DNA of 64,000 nt from an uncultured Acholeplasmataceae bacterium (GCA_963539755.1 CAUTMP010000003.1:9058-73057); one strand, 5' to 3'; shown: positions 28,284-38,682, numbered from the stretch's first letter. The notes: generated by a model not told the origin, from the letters alone. Translations and numbers: made by a program.

Positions 28284-31200
28284 ATGCTAATTAATAAAAG
28301 AAAAAGTTTTATAATTTCGGCTTTGTTTATCTTTGCCTTAATTTTAACTGCTTTGTTTTTAATTCTTTCATTTATGCACCCCACACTTCATTTGACTAAA
28401 ACCAGCGGTTTTAGCCAAAAAGACTTAAAAAAACAGTCAAATAAACTACGCTTTGTAGTGCCAGATACTATTGACACCACCAAATCTACCTATATTTCAA
28501 TTAAAAAAGAGTGGTTTGAGAGTTCTGGCCTTGGCAAAATTACAGAAATCAAAGCCAAACCAGGCAAGTACTTAGCCCTGGACTTTACAGACCGACAATA
28601 CGACTCTGAAGTCTTTACAATTTACACAAAAAACTGGTTTGGAGTTAAAAAACAACACGACATAATTGTAGACTACTCAAACTATTTGCGTGTATTTTTT
28701 CCAGAGTCTTACGATGGCGCTGCTCCTCGCAAACCCATAATTTTTCCGTATTCTAAACTAGAGTCTGACTACAGAGCGAAACTAGAAAACCTTCGCAGAT
28801 ACGACTCTTTTTTTGCCTACGACAAAAAAGGCTTAGTTGTATCTACTGCTGTTCACAGTGAAGAAGTTTTTAATAAGCAAAACGCACAAGGTCGCGCATT
28901 TATTGTTAACAACAACACCCGCATTTCTTTAGTTTATGATTTTGTGCTACCTGGTATTTTTAAAGACCAAACACAAAAAACCCAAGTTTACGAGCATATC
29001 GAAAAAGCAGTTGGTAAAGCCAAAGCCTATGACCCTGCAAATCAAGGTCTGGAAATTAAGTTCAATACCCCGCCTTTTTATATAACTAAGTTCTTAGGGT
29101 GGTATTATACAGACCCTGCGGGCAATCGTGTTGACTTACTGCCAGGACAAGAGTTTCAAATCCCTACTTGGGTGAAATCTGAACTTAGACTAATTGCCAA
29201 ATATGAAATGACTGCAGACACAAGTAAATTAGGCCCAGCCTTAGATAAGCAAGGTCTGGTTTCAGTTTCTTATTTTGATGGACCTGAGCGCGTATTTTTT
29301 GACATTGTAAGAAAAGGCACGCTACTAAAAGAGCGAGTTTACGCAAAACTAGGATACGCTTATCAAGGTTGGTACACTGACCCTGAACTAACTAAAAAAG
29401 TAGATTTCAAAAAAGACATAGCAGATACTCACACTGTGCTTTACTTAAAATCTAAAGAAAGACCAGAAACACCTTCGCGAACTCACACTGTAAACTTCAT
29501 TACTAGAACTCACGCAAATCAATTACTACCACTTACCGTTAAACACGGTGAAAAACTTGACTCAAACTACTCACTTCCAACTACTGTGTCTTATCTAGAT
29601 AGTGAAGGTGATTTACACGAACTAGATTACTGGAACTTAGTTGACCCAATTACTGGCACTAAAACTAAATTTGATTTTAGTACTCAGATTACTGAAGACA
29701 TTACACTTGAAGCCGTACTTAAAAAAAGACTAATTCCAAACTCTAAGTACACCATAAAGCGATACTTTGAATCCGTTGAAAATCCAGGTGAGTTTATTGA
29801 AGACATATCTAAACAAGAAGAGGTCATAGGTCAGGTTCCAGGTCAAGAAGTTGAATTACTTCCGCATCAATACAGAGCCCCAGAAGGCTTTAATTTACTT
29901 AATTCAACTGTTTTAAAAAAGACAATTGAAAGAGACGGAACCACAACATTTGAACTTAAATACTCACGTAACCGCTATACAGTTACTTACGAGGTTAATT
30001 ACAACGGCAATCACTTTGCCGGAGTAACTACTTCTGACCAACCTAGTCAGACTGTTCTATATGAGGGTAAAGCAACTAAGCCAACAACCCCTTCACTTAC
30101 TAAACTAGGATACACATATACATTTAAACACTGGCAACTTAAAGATGAAATGGGCAATTCCTACAAAGAAACTACTGAATTTGATTTTGAAAACACCAAA
30201 ATCACTAAAAATACAACTTTGGTAGCTTATTTTGAAGAAACAGCAAATTTAGTTAACTACACAATTAACCATGTACTTCCTGGTTTAAATAATGCAGTCG
30301 GAGAAACAAAACAAGAAATCAAACAAGCGACCGTAGATACTAGTTTAACTATTGATGAAAACAATGCTAACCCTGCTTATCTAGCGGGTTTTGAACCGAT
30401 TGTAAACAGTGAAACTAAAAATATTAAAGCAGACGGATCTACTGTATTTACTATTAACTATCGTCGCCGTAAGTTTACAGTAACTTACGAAGTAAATTAC
30501 AAAGGCAACCATTTTAATGCAACTCCATCTTTACAAGACTCTGAAACCGTTGAGTATGAAGGCACTGCTACTAAACCAAGCGCTCCTACTTTAACCAGAG
30601 TTGGCTATACCTATACATTTAAACACTGGCAACTAAAAGACGAAATGGCTTATCAACAGGGCGCAGAGTTTGATTTTGAAAACACTAAAATCACTAAAAA
30701 TACAACTTTAGTTGCTTATTTTGAAGAAACACCAAATTTAGTTAACTACACAATTAACCACGCACTTCCTGGTTTAAATGGTGCAGTTGGCGAAACAAAG
30801 GCGGAAATCAAACAAGCAACTGCCGACACTAGTTTAACTGTCAGCGAAACTAATGCTAACCCTGCATATCTTGCAGGTTTTGAGCCGATTGCAGGTAGCG
30901 AAACTAAAAATATTGAAGCAGACGGATCTACTGTATTTACTATTAACTATCGTCGTCGTAAGTTTACAGTAACTTACGAAGTAAACTACCAAAACCACTT
31001 TGAAGGTACACCATCTGTTCAAAATCCTGAAACTGTTGAGTATGAGGCTAATGCTACTCAGCCACCTATGCCAACAATTACAAAACACGGTCGTACTTAC
31101 ACTTTTAAACACTGGCAGTTAAAAGATGAGACAGGTAACTCATACAATTTAGCCACTCCTTTTGACTTTAGCACTAAAATAACTAAAAATACTGAACTAG

Positions 31201-32837
31201 TTGCCTACTTTGAAGAGACGATTGATAAAGTGAACTATAAAGTAGTTCATTATCTTGAAAAAACTGGTGAAGACAATACTTTGAACGGACAATATGACAG
31301 AGTAGATGAGTTAATGCAAGACCAAAAAGTAGAAGATGGCGCAACTTACCATGATTACTCAGCACTAGACTCTAACTTATATGAAAAAGACACATCACAT
31401 TCAGATAATCTATTAAACTCACAACTCACAACTGGCGACAACACAACTGAAGTTCGTCAATACTATAAGTTAAGAGAAATAAGCGTCAAGTTTGAAAAAA
31501 CTGTGGGCATTGCCAGCTTTAAAACAGCAGAAACAATTATGGTTAAGAAAACCAGAAAAATTACTTTACCTGAGTTTAACTTAAAAGATACATATAACTT
31601 TCTAGGCTGGAGTTTAAGCGAAAACGGTCAAGTTCAATCTAAGTTTATAGCAGGCGATGAAAACATTAAAATATACGCTCAAACTGAACTGCAAAACAGA
31701 GAAATCATCTACACTGTTAAAACTCAAAAATCAGATGGTAGTTATACCGTAAACACCGAGACTAAGAGCGAAAAAATTGGCACAAACCATACAGTTAATT
31801 ACGCAAACCCAGACAATACTATGTATCAAAACCCAGTATACAGTGTGGATAATTTGACTGTAAGCGCAGACGAAACTCAAAACAAGGTAACCGTTACTAT
31901 TAACCGCAAAACTTACACAGTGACTTATCAAGTTGAAGGACATACGTCTACTATTCCAAGTAAAACATTCAGACATGGCGAAAAACATGGCGAAATTGAT
32001 GAAAGTAAGTTTGAAGCAGATGAACTTGGCATTGTTAAGTTAGAACTAGATAATAGTCAAAAAACTAAAGAAGAAATCAAAAATTTATTAGTTACAAAAA
32101 ATCATATAATTAAGGTTTATGTTGGAGAACCCACTAAAATTGTTGGTAAATACCCACAAACTAAGGTTGATAGTCCTGCTGGAATACAATTTGAGAGGGA
32201 TGATGTTCGTGAACTTAAATTTAATTCTAAGGCTGTTAACCACACAGTAAATTTCACTCGCAAATACTATAAAGACAGTTCAGGCAATAGATACGAAATG
32301 TATAATGGCAATTACTATAAGTTTGAAGATGTTGAGTTTGCAAAAATTCCTAAACAAAGAACTTGGTTTACTAAACACATTATTGACTTTTCACCATTCA
32401 ACATTTATTACAATGGTTACTCTGATAACGGCAAACCTGAGCATTCTATTTTTAAGGCTATGGTTGAAGAAATCGGGAAAATTATCGGTGAAAATACTTA
32501 TATGCCTACATATGATGATGGAGATTTTAGTGTTAAACCTGCTCTGGGTATTACTAATGAAAACATCAAATTACAACGAGATTCTACTGACTATGCCAAA
32601 GCAATTTTAGGTAATTTTGGTGGTTATCAAACTAGCTATTATCGTGGTGTTGACTTAAATCTTTTTGCAGAATCTGGCAATTTGATTGCTAATTACCACT
32701 GGCGCAGCAGATGGCAATGGTGGCTCGGTACTCAGTATCCTCGCTCTAACCCAAGCGCGTACTATATCCGCAGAGGTGGACTACTGAACGACAGCGATAC
32801 CTACTCCGTTTTTGGTGTAGTAGTTTGCATTAGGTAG
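28284..32837 (+). CDS. giant membrane-anchored surface protein B (1517 aa), paralog of A
   Basis: RBS AGAGAGG. N-terminal TM (FIISALFIFALILTALFLILSF). The N-terminal ~480 aa and C-terminal ~530 aa are colinear with protein A. Ends VFGVVVCIR. Confidence 0.88.
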   Translation: MLINKRKSFIISALFIFALILTALFLILSFMHPTLHLTKTSGFSQKDLKKQSNKLRFVVPDTIDTTKSTYISIKKEWFESSGLGKITEIKAKPGKYLALDFTDRQYDSEVFTIYTKNWFGVKKQHDIIVDYSNYLRVFFPESYDGAAPRKPIIFPYSKLESDYRAKLENLRRYDSFFAYDKKGLVVSTAVHSEEVFNKQNAQGRAFIVNNNTRISLVYDFVLPGIFKDQTQKTQVYEHIEKAVGKAKAYDPANQGLEIKFNTPPFYITKFLGWYYTDPAGNRVDLLPGQEFQIPTWVKSELRLIAKYEMTADTSKLGPALDKQGLVSVSYFDGPERVFFDIVRKGTLLKERVYAKLGYAYQGWYTDPELTKKVDFKKDIADTHTVLYLKSKERPETPSRTHTVNFITRTHANQLLPLTVKHGEKLDSNYSLPTTVSYLDSEGDLHELDYWNLVDPITGTKTKFDFSTQITEDITLEAVLKKRLIPNSKYTIKRYFESVENPGEFIEDISKQEEVIGQVPGQEVELLPHQYRAPEGFNLLNSTVLKKTIERDGTTTFELKYSRNRYTVTYEVNYNGNHFAGVTTSDQPSQTVLYEGKATKPTTPSLTKLGYTYTFKHWQLKDEMGNSYKETTEFDFENTKITKNTTLVAYFEETANLVNYTINHVLPGLNNAVGETKQEIKQATVDTSLTIDENNANPAYLAGFEPIVNSETKNIKADGSTVFTINYRRRKFTVTYEVNYKGNHFNATPSLQDSETVEYEGTATKPSAPTLTRVGYTYTFKHWQLKDEMAYQQGAEFDFENTKITKNTTLVAYFEETPNLVNYTINHALPGLNGAVGETKAEIKQATADTSLTVSETNANPAYLAGFEPIAGSETKNIEADGSTVFTINYRRRKFTVTYEVNYQNHFEGTPSVQNPETVEYEANATQPPMPTITKHGRTYTFKHWQLKDETGNSYNLATPFDFSTKITKNTELVAYFEETIDKVNYKVVHYLEKTGEDNTLNGQYDRVDELMQDQKVEDGATYHDYSALDSNLYEKDTSHSDNLLNSQLTTGDNTTEVRQYYKLREISVKFEKTVGIASFKTAETIMVKKTRKITLPEFNLKDTYNFLGWSLSENGQVQSKFIAGDENIKIYAQTELQNREIIYTVKTQKSDGSYTVNTETKSEKIGTNHTVNYANPDNTMYQNPVYSVDNLTVSADETQNKVTVTINRKTYTVTYQVEGHTSTIPSKTFRHGEKHGEIDESKFEADELGIVKLELDNSQKTKEEIKNLLVTKNHIIKVYVGEPTKIVGKYPQTKVDSPAGIQFERDDVRELKFNSKAVNHTVNFTRKYYKDSSGNRYEMYNGNYYKFEDVEFAKIPKQRTWFTKHIIDFSPFNIYYNGYSDNGKPEHSIFKAMVEEIGKIIGENTYMPTYDDGDFSVKPALGITNENIKLQRDSTDYAKAILGNFGGYQTSYYRGVDLNLFAESGNLIANYHWRSRWQWWLGTQYPRSNPSAYYIRRGGLLNDSDTYSVFGVVVCIR
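29745..31229 (+). repeat. three tandem ~163-168-aa units (MucBP-like plus Flg_new-like), period 489-504 bp
   Basis: Unit starts are near 29745, 30249 and 30738. Units 2 and 3 are about 85% identical at DNA level by eye (LVNYTINH.LPGLN...YTFKHWQLKDE...LVAYFEET). Confidence 0.9.
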
Positions 32838-33168
32838 TCTCTTGACTGCTTGGTGTAGGTACTCTCTTTCATTTCTGTTTTAGAGATTTTCCCACTGCAT
32901 GGCTTTCTCATGTGAAACAATTGTTTATTTTATTTTAACGCGAGTAGACGTTATTGCTACAAATTAACCTGACCACTATTAGTTTGTTAAATCTATTTGT
33001 AAAAAATACGCAATTATAAATTTACAACCAAAACATACACTAAATGAGTTAAATTTGTGTCTTGCTTATTATTCTTAATTTTACAAATTATCATATAGTG
33101 TATGTGGTTTAGAATTCTTTACTTTGATATTGTAGTAAAATAGGTAATTTTTAAATAAAATGTCTAAT

Positions 33169-33199
33169 AAAAAAAGCCGATGGAAACATCGGCTTTTCT
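33169..33199 (-). terminator. terminator of rplM-rpsI
   Basis: The minus strand reads GCCGATG-TTTC-CATCGGC followed by TTTTTTT. Confidence 0.85.
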
Positions 33200-33242
33200 G
33201 TGTGTTGTATGTAGTTGGTTTGTAAAAAACCTAAACTCAAAA

Positions 33243-33635
33243 CTAACGTTTTGAAAATTGAGGTGCACGGCGAGCTTTACGAAGACCGTATTTTTTGCGT
33301 TCTTTAATGCGAGGGTCTCTGGTAATTAGTCCAGCTGGTTTTAGAATTTGTCTAAGTTCAGGGTTTAGTTCAAGTAAGGCTCTGGTAATTCCAAGGCGGA
33401 TTGCACCGGCCTGGCCAGAAATTCCACCACCGTTAACATTTGCAGAAACATCGTATTGGCTTTCTAAGTTAGTTAAAGCGAGTGGTTGCATGACGTCTAG
33501 GCGAACAGCCGCAGAGGCAATATAGTTGCTAAACTCACGACCATTTACTAAAAACTTACCTGTACCTTTAGTTAAGATAACTCTTGCAACTGAGTTTTTA
33601 CGGCGACCAGTTCCTCTAAATTGTACTAATTGCAT
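33243..33635 (-). CDS. rpsI: 30S ribosomal protein S9
   Basis: 130 aa. [12 protein letters not shown] ... [18 protein letters not shown] ... [18 protein letters not shown]. Confidence 0.97.
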   Translation of the reverse strand: MQLVQFRGTGRRKNSVARVILTKGTGKFLVNGREFSNYIASAAVRLDVMQPLALTNLESQYDVSANVNGGGISGQAGAIRLGITRALLELNPELRQILKPAGLITRDPRIKERKKYGLRKARRAPQFSKR

Positions 33636-33637
33636 AA

Positions 33638-34066
33638 TTATTTAACCTCCAAAACAGTTGGTTTTTGTCCGCTGTGTCTGTGCTCTTGACCAGCATAGAC
33701 AAAAAGTTTTTTGCCAATTTGGCGACCTAGTCTAGTTTTTGGAAGCATTCCAAGGATTGCTTTTTCAACTAATTTAGTTTGGTCTTTTGCGTGTACATCG
33801 CGAGCCGCGATGGCTTTTAGTCCACCTGGATAGTCAGTGTGGTGATAGTAAATTTTGTCTGTCCATTTTTTGCCAGTTAATTGAATTTTTGCAGAGTTAA
33901 TAATTACTACGTAGTCTCCGCAGTCTACGTTTGGTGTGTAGTCAACTTTGCCTTTGCCTTTCAAAATAGAAGCAACGAAAGTAGCCAGGCGACCAAGAGT
34001 TTTACCGCTTGCGTCAACTAAATACCATTTTTTTGAGTTATTTGGTTTTGCCATTAGTGTTTTCAT
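33638..34066 (-). CDS. rplM: 50S ribosomal protein L13
   Basis: 142 aa. [22 protein letters not shown] ... [12 protein letters not shown]. Confidence 0.97.
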   Translation of the reverse strand: MKTLMAKPNNSKKWYLVDASGKTLGRLATFVASILKGKGKVDYTPNVDCGDYVVIINSAKIQLTGKKWTDKIYYHHTDYPGGLKAIAARDVHAKDQTKLVEKAILGMLPKTRLGRQIGKKLFVYAGQEHRHSGQKPTVLEVK

Positions 34067-34146
34067 AAAAAATATTGAATCTCCTTTTTTTAATTAAGTT
34101 AACTTTTTAAAAAAGGGCTAACTCGGAAATTAAATGTACCTTTAAA

Positions 34147-34175
34147 ATAATACCAAAAAAGGCTTTTTATGTCAA
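34147..34175 (-). promoter_or_regulatory. near-consensus sigma-70-type promoter of rplM-rpsI
   Basis: The minus strand reads TTGACA, 17 nt, TATTAT. It would give a leader of about 75 nt before the rplM ATG. Confidence 0.7.
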
Positions 34176-34223
34176 AAATAAAGCAGTTTGAAAAACCATT
34201 TACGCTGTTTTTCAAACTGCTTT
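34175..34223 (-). terminator. terminator of the transglutaminase-like gene
   Basis: 17-bp perfect stem AAAGCAGTTTGAAAAAC/GTTTTTCAAACTGCTTT with a 10-nt loop. The minus-strand T-run (ATTTTTGACA) merges into the rplM -35. Confidence 0.85.
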
Positions 34224-34235
34224 AAACAACCTGAT

Positions 34236-37097
34236 TTAGTCTTTATTTTTAACGCTTCTTTTAAATACTTTAATTACCGATACCAGGATTATTAAAGAAA
34301 AAGCGGCCAGCGCTAAGGTCAAACCCCCGATGATTGTGGCTTGTTTGGGGAATTTTTTGAAAAACATTAGTGGGTCTTTAAAGAAATCCCAGTAAATTAT
34401 TGGGTCTTTGACAAAATCAAACTCCCAATCAACTGTGTGCAGAGAGTAATTTGAACCTAGGGTTAAAGTAACTTTTTGTCCGTTGAGCGTGATTTTTTTA
34501 ATCTCTACAGTTGGAAATCGCTTTTTAATTAAACTAATAGTTTTGCTGAAATCTTTATTTTTAAGTTCAGTTGAGTTTAAAATAAACTTCCCGTTTTTAA
34601 AAACTTCCCAATTTAATTTAGTAATCAGTTCTTTTTTTGAAATAAACTGAGCATAGGCCTTGATGTCTTTATCTACATTGTAGCCAGTGTAGATAAAGTG
34701 CCTGTCTTCAGCCAGCCAACCTACAAACAGAGTGTCTTTGTTAACCGGTGGAATTAACTTAGCGATTTGTGCAGCATTAGCGATACCTTCTTTATTGAAG
34801 TCAACAGTTTTATCGCCTTCTTTGTAGAGTAGTTCAACTTTAGCCTTTATAACTTTTGGAATTAGTTCAAGGTCACTTGTGTATTTGCTTTGACTGACGT
34901 CAAAACCTTCACCCAAATCTTTTATTTGCCACTCAATAAGCGAGTAGCCAGGTTTGCAGTCTTGATTTAAGTTATTTAAATCAAATAACTGATATTTAGA
35001 GTTAAATGCTAATGCGGTAATATATTTAAACTTAAACCTACCTGGGTTTTTAAAACTTGCAGATTGCTGAGTTGTGTCTAGAGTTATTTCTTTTAGTCTG
35101 TCGGAAACAGGTTTGTAGTAAACTTTTGGAGCAGATATATAAGGGTCTTTTAATTTAAATTTGCCCGCAACTTGGATGATATCTGAGTTAATCAAATCTA
35201 GTTCCCAGCCATACTTAGTTAAATCAGGCAGGTCAAATAATGCATTTGGGTTGGTTAACTTAGTTTCAGCAATTGTTTTTTCAAACTCGTTGTACTTTAA
35301 AACTTGGCCAACAGTTATTTCTTTTTGGGTCCTTTTAGGCTCTTGGTGTCTGAATACCGCGGTTACTTCGGTGTCTTGATTCAGCGGTGTGCGAGCACTA
35401 AAAACATGGCCATTTAGCTCTAAATGCGAAAACTTAGTGCCAAGTGAAAGATGTGGGAAAAATGGTTTTAAGAAGTTGTTTTTAATTGCTTCAAACACAC
35501 TTTGGCCTTTTAGCATCTGGCCTGAGTAAAGCAGAGAACCGTCTTTACTCTTAACTAAAAAGTTAATTAAACTACGGTTATTTTCGTATTTAGCCACAAC
35601 TTCTTTTAAGTCTTTTGTAACTTTACTTACATCTTTGTCAAAACCTACAAAAGTTTTGTCTTGATAAGTTTTACTTGGATAGAAGTTAAGTCTAGATCCA
35701 AGGTCAGCGCTCAGCTCTGTTTGTCCACTTGGCGAATTTACTTTAACTAAAGTAGTGCCTTGGTAAGTAGTTTTAATCTTAATTGTTTTTTTGGCTATTT
35801 TAGTCTCAGTAGCGGCTACAATTTCCAGTAGATACTCACCATAGCCTTCAATTTGTTTTTTATTGACACCTGCTTTACTTAAACGCCAGTTTAAGTAAAT
35901 CGGTCTATCACCACTAATATTTAAATGTTTTAAAATCAGCTCAATTAACTGATTTGCTTGCTCTGGGTTCAGGCCCTCGGTAAACTCACCTTGTTCAAAT
36001 TGAGGAAGAGCGTCGTTGGTTAAACTAGATACATCTTCTTGTTTTAGTCCACCAAAGTCAAAGTCTGCAAGTTTTGGTTTTTTTGGTTCAAAAACAATTG
36101 AGTCATTTACAAAACTATCTTCGTAGTTTAGGTGGCTTTTAGGTTGAGTTTTTAAAAGGTACTTTTGAAAAATTTCACCACCATCTAAGTTTTGGTCCCA
36201 AGTAAGGTCAGTAAAGTACCAATTTTGATTTAAATAAACATAATTCCAAGCGTGTGGTCCATTGGCATTACCACCTGCTACTAAAGTCGGAATTCCGAGT
36301 TTATTTAGCACATAGGCAAAGGCCCTGGCGTACCCGTCGCAAACTGGTAAGTTTTCTTTTGAAAATACAGAAAAAGCGCTATGAGCAATTTTAAAACTAA
36401 ATTCACTTGAGCCTAGGTTTTCAGCCGCAGCCTTGTTGTAGGGTTTACGTTTAAGTATTGAGTCGTGTAAGTTTTTGGCAATTTCTGCTCTGGTAATCAC
36501 GCCGTCTTTGTTTTGGTCTTGATACGCCTCTTGCCAGGTTGAGTACTCGGAGTAGGCTAAAAACTCATCTAGCGCTTTTTTGAAACTTACCTGGTTTTGA
36601 AAATATGACTCAAGCCTTAAAGTTTTGACTTTTTGAGTTGCGGTATACACTTGTTTATTTATAGAACCAGTTAGCCAAAAGTATTCAGGTTTATTTAAGA
36701 AACTATAAACAATTTTTGTTAAGTTATTATCACTGTCTACTATTTCCATACCGTCTAAGTCAAGTTCTAAAGTACCAGAATCCGTTAACCCTTCTGTTGT
36801 CAGAAGTTCAAACATTTTGTTTTCAATTTCTTTGGACTTAGCTTTTTGGTCTGGGCTTAGTTTAGTAGTTTGACTGTATTTATCAACAGATTCATTTGAG
36901 TTAAATATTAAGTTTTTTTCTTTTAAAGTATTTAGTTTTTCAAGGTAAGTCTTTTTACTTATCTCTGTTTTGTAGTAGTTGATGTCTTTAACTTCGGCTT
37001 TGGCAGTAGTTTTTAAAAAAACTAAGCCAAAAAGCAAGAAAGAAAGGAAAGTTAAAATGATTAAATTAAAGGATTTTAGTTTTCGCAAATTACTCAC
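34236..37097 (-). CDS. transglutaminase-like (Cys-His-Asp) surface protein with an N-terminal signal/TM and a C-terminal TM anchor
   Basis: 953 aa. Core CDGYARAFAYVLNKLGIPTLVAGG...GPHAWNYVYL...WYFTDLTWD. The C-terminal helix IIGGLTLALAAFSLIILVSVI is followed by a basic tail. The start is ambiguous: GTG 37097 is only 1 nt after AGGGAG, while TTG 37088 is better spaced. Confidence 0.8.
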   Translation of the reverse strand: MSNLRKLKSFNLIILTFLSFLLFGLVFLKTTAKAEVKDINYYKTEISKKTYLEKLNTLKEKNLIFNSNESVDKYSQTTKLSPDQKAKSKEIENKMFELLTTEGLTDSGTLELDLDGMEIVDSDNNLTKIVYSFLNKPEYFWLTGSINKQVYTATQKVKTLRLESYFQNQVSFKKALDEFLAYSEYSTWQEAYQDQNKDGVITRAEIAKNLHDSILKRKPYNKAAAENLGSSEFSFKIAHSAFSVFSKENLPVCDGYARAFAYVLNKLGIPTLVAGGNANGPHAWNYVYLNQNWYFTDLTWDQNLDGGEIFQKYLLKTQPKSHLNYEDSFVNDSIVFEPKKPKLADFDFGGLKQEDVSSLTNDALPQFEQGEFTEGLNPEQANQLIELILKHLNISGDRPIYLNWRLSKAGVNKKQIEGYGEYLLEIVAATETKIAKKTIKIKTTYQGTTLVKVNSPSGQTELSADLGSRLNFYPSKTYQDKTFVGFDKDVSKVTKDLKEVVAKYENNRSLINFLVKSKDGSLLYSGQMLKGQSVFEAIKNNFLKPFFPHLSLGTKFSHLELNGHVFSARTPLNQDTEVTAVFRHQEPKRTQKEITVGQVLKYNEFEKTIAETKLTNPNALFDLPDLTKYGWELDLINSDIIQVAGKFKLKDPYISAPKVYYKPVSDRLKEITLDTTQQSASFKNPGRFKFKYITALAFNSKYQLFDLNNLNQDCKPGYSLIEWQIKDLGEGFDVSQSKYTSDLELIPKVIKAKVELLYKEGDKTVDFNKEGIANAAQIAKLIPPVNKDTLFVGWLAEDRHFIYTGYNVDKDIKAYAQFISKKELITKLNWEVFKNGKFILNSTELKNKDFSKTISLIKKRFPTVEIKKITLNGQKVTLTLGSNYSLHTVDWEFDFVKDPIIYWDFFKDPLMFFKKFPKQATIIGGLTLALAAFSLIILVSVIKVFKRSVKNKD

Positions 37098-37140
37098 GCT
37101 CCCTTTTTGTTTATTATAAGTGCTTGAAAAAACATTTTTA

Positions 37141-37165
37141 AAAAAACGAGGTCGCCCTCGTTTTT
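37141..37165 (-). terminator. terminator of pfp (bidirectional shape)
   Basis: A-run, ACGAGG-TCGC-CCTCGT, T-run. Confidence 0.8.
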
Positions 37166-37201
37166 AAAATGTATTTTAGTTTAAAAATTAACTGTATTTA
37201 T

Positions 37202-38422
37202 CTATTTTTTAAATTGGAAGTATTTAGGCAACCCATTTTCAAAAGGTGTTTTCATTTCACCTTGAATTAGCGGTTCGGCGTATTCAACGAAGTCATCAGT
37301 CAAACCTGTGTGGTCTTTTTTAATCCACTCAAGTGGCACCCTCTTTTCACTATTTTTAATGCGAGAAAGGGAGACTACACCGTATTCTAGTTTGTAAATC
37401 TGACCAGGTACACGTTTAACTGCAATCATTTTATCAGTATGTCCCATAATAGCCGCAGTTGCACCAAACACTCCTGAGTTGTAAGCCTCTTGCACGTCTG
37501 TTTTACTTTGAAGGTGAGCACTTGAACGCTGCATTGTAGAAAGTTCAATGGCTCTGGATTTAACATCGCAAACTTTCTTAAGTTCGTTTGCCAAAATTTG
37601 GGCAACTCCGCCTAGTTGAGTGTGAGCAAATGCATCTTTTGTGGCTTGTTTGTAGAGTTCAGCAATATAGTTGCCTTCTGCGTCTTTAATACCTTCTGAA
37701 ACTACCACAAAAACATGCGGTTGTTTTTTTAATACTCTTTGCACATCGGCGATAAACTCTTGAATTGAAAAAGTTTGTTCAGGTAGATAGAAAAGATCAG
37801 GGCCAAGTCCTGCCTTTTTGGCAAGCATCGCACTGGCTGTCAGCCAGCCTGCGTTTCTACCCATAATTTCTACAATATTGATAGAAGGAGTGCTATATAC
37901 ATTGGCATCTTGTTTTAATTCCATTAAAGTAGTTGCTATGTATTTAGCCGCAGAGCCATAGCCTGGGGTGTGGTCAGTTAAATCTAAATCGTTGTCTATA
38001 GTTTTAGGAATACCGATTACCCTGCATTCATACTTCTTGGCCTGCAAGTATTGAGAAATCTTGTAGGCACTGTCCATTGAGTCGTTGCCACCAATGTAGA
38101 AAAAGTAGCGAATGTTGTATTTCACAAAAGTCTCAAGGATTTTTTGATAGTCTGGGTGTTGTAGGTCTTTGTCTAGTTTGTATCTGCAACTACCTAGTGC
38201 AGACGCTGGGGTGTTTTTTAGAAGTTCAAGTTGTTGTTTATCTTGAGCACGAATGTTAATCAGCCAACCGTTAATAGCGCCAACTATCCCGTTTTCCGCT
38301 CCGTAAATATTTTCAATAAATTCGTATTTTGCACATTCTTCATATATTCCTAGAAGTGAAGAATTGATAACACTGGTAGGTCCACCAGATTGTCCAATTA
38401 ATACAGATCCTCTTAATGCCAT
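37202..38422 (-). CDS. pfp: PPi-dependent 6-phosphofructokinase (short type)
   Basis: Start taken at the second ATG (38422), 7 nt after GAGAGG. Motifs are GQSGGPTSVIN, GGNDS (Asp at the G/D discriminator position), PKTIDNDL (Lys discriminator) and MGR. Confidence 0.8.
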   Translation of the reverse strand: MALRGSVLIGQSGGPTSVINSSLLGIYEECAKYEFIENIYGAENGIVGAINGWLINIRAQDKQQLELLKNTPASALGSCRYKLDKDLQHPDYQKILETFVKYNIRYFFYIGGNDSMDSAYKISQYLQAKKYECRVIGIPKTIDNDLDLTDHTPGYGSAAKYIATTLMELKQDANVYSTPSINIVEIMGRNAGWLTASAMLAKKAGLGPDLFYLPEQTFSIQEFIADVQRVLKKQPHVFVVVSEGIKDAEGNYIAELYKQATKDAFAHTQLGGVAQILANELKKVCDVKSRAIELSTMQRSSAHLQSKTDVQEAYNSGVFGATAAIMGHTDKMIAVKRVPGQIYKLEYGVVSLSRIKNSEKRVPLEWIKKDHTGLTDDFVEYAEPLIQGEMKTPFENGLPKYFQFKK

Positions 38423-38682
38423 GTTTTTACCTCTCATTCAATTATAACACACCTATATAAGTTTAAAAGTCTTTAAAAAACAGGTGACTTTGAAACTTCA
38501 ATAATCGGCTTGCTAGGTAGTTTCAAAGGATTTTAAAAACGAAAAACTTACCTTATTTTGTCTTACTTTTTTACCTAAATTACCTAAGTTTTTACTCAGC
38601 AAAAAAGCCCAAAACTTAGGCAAAGCACGGCTTTCGTGTTAAAATAAAAGAGGCATTTTATGCCTTATTTAGGAGACATTTT

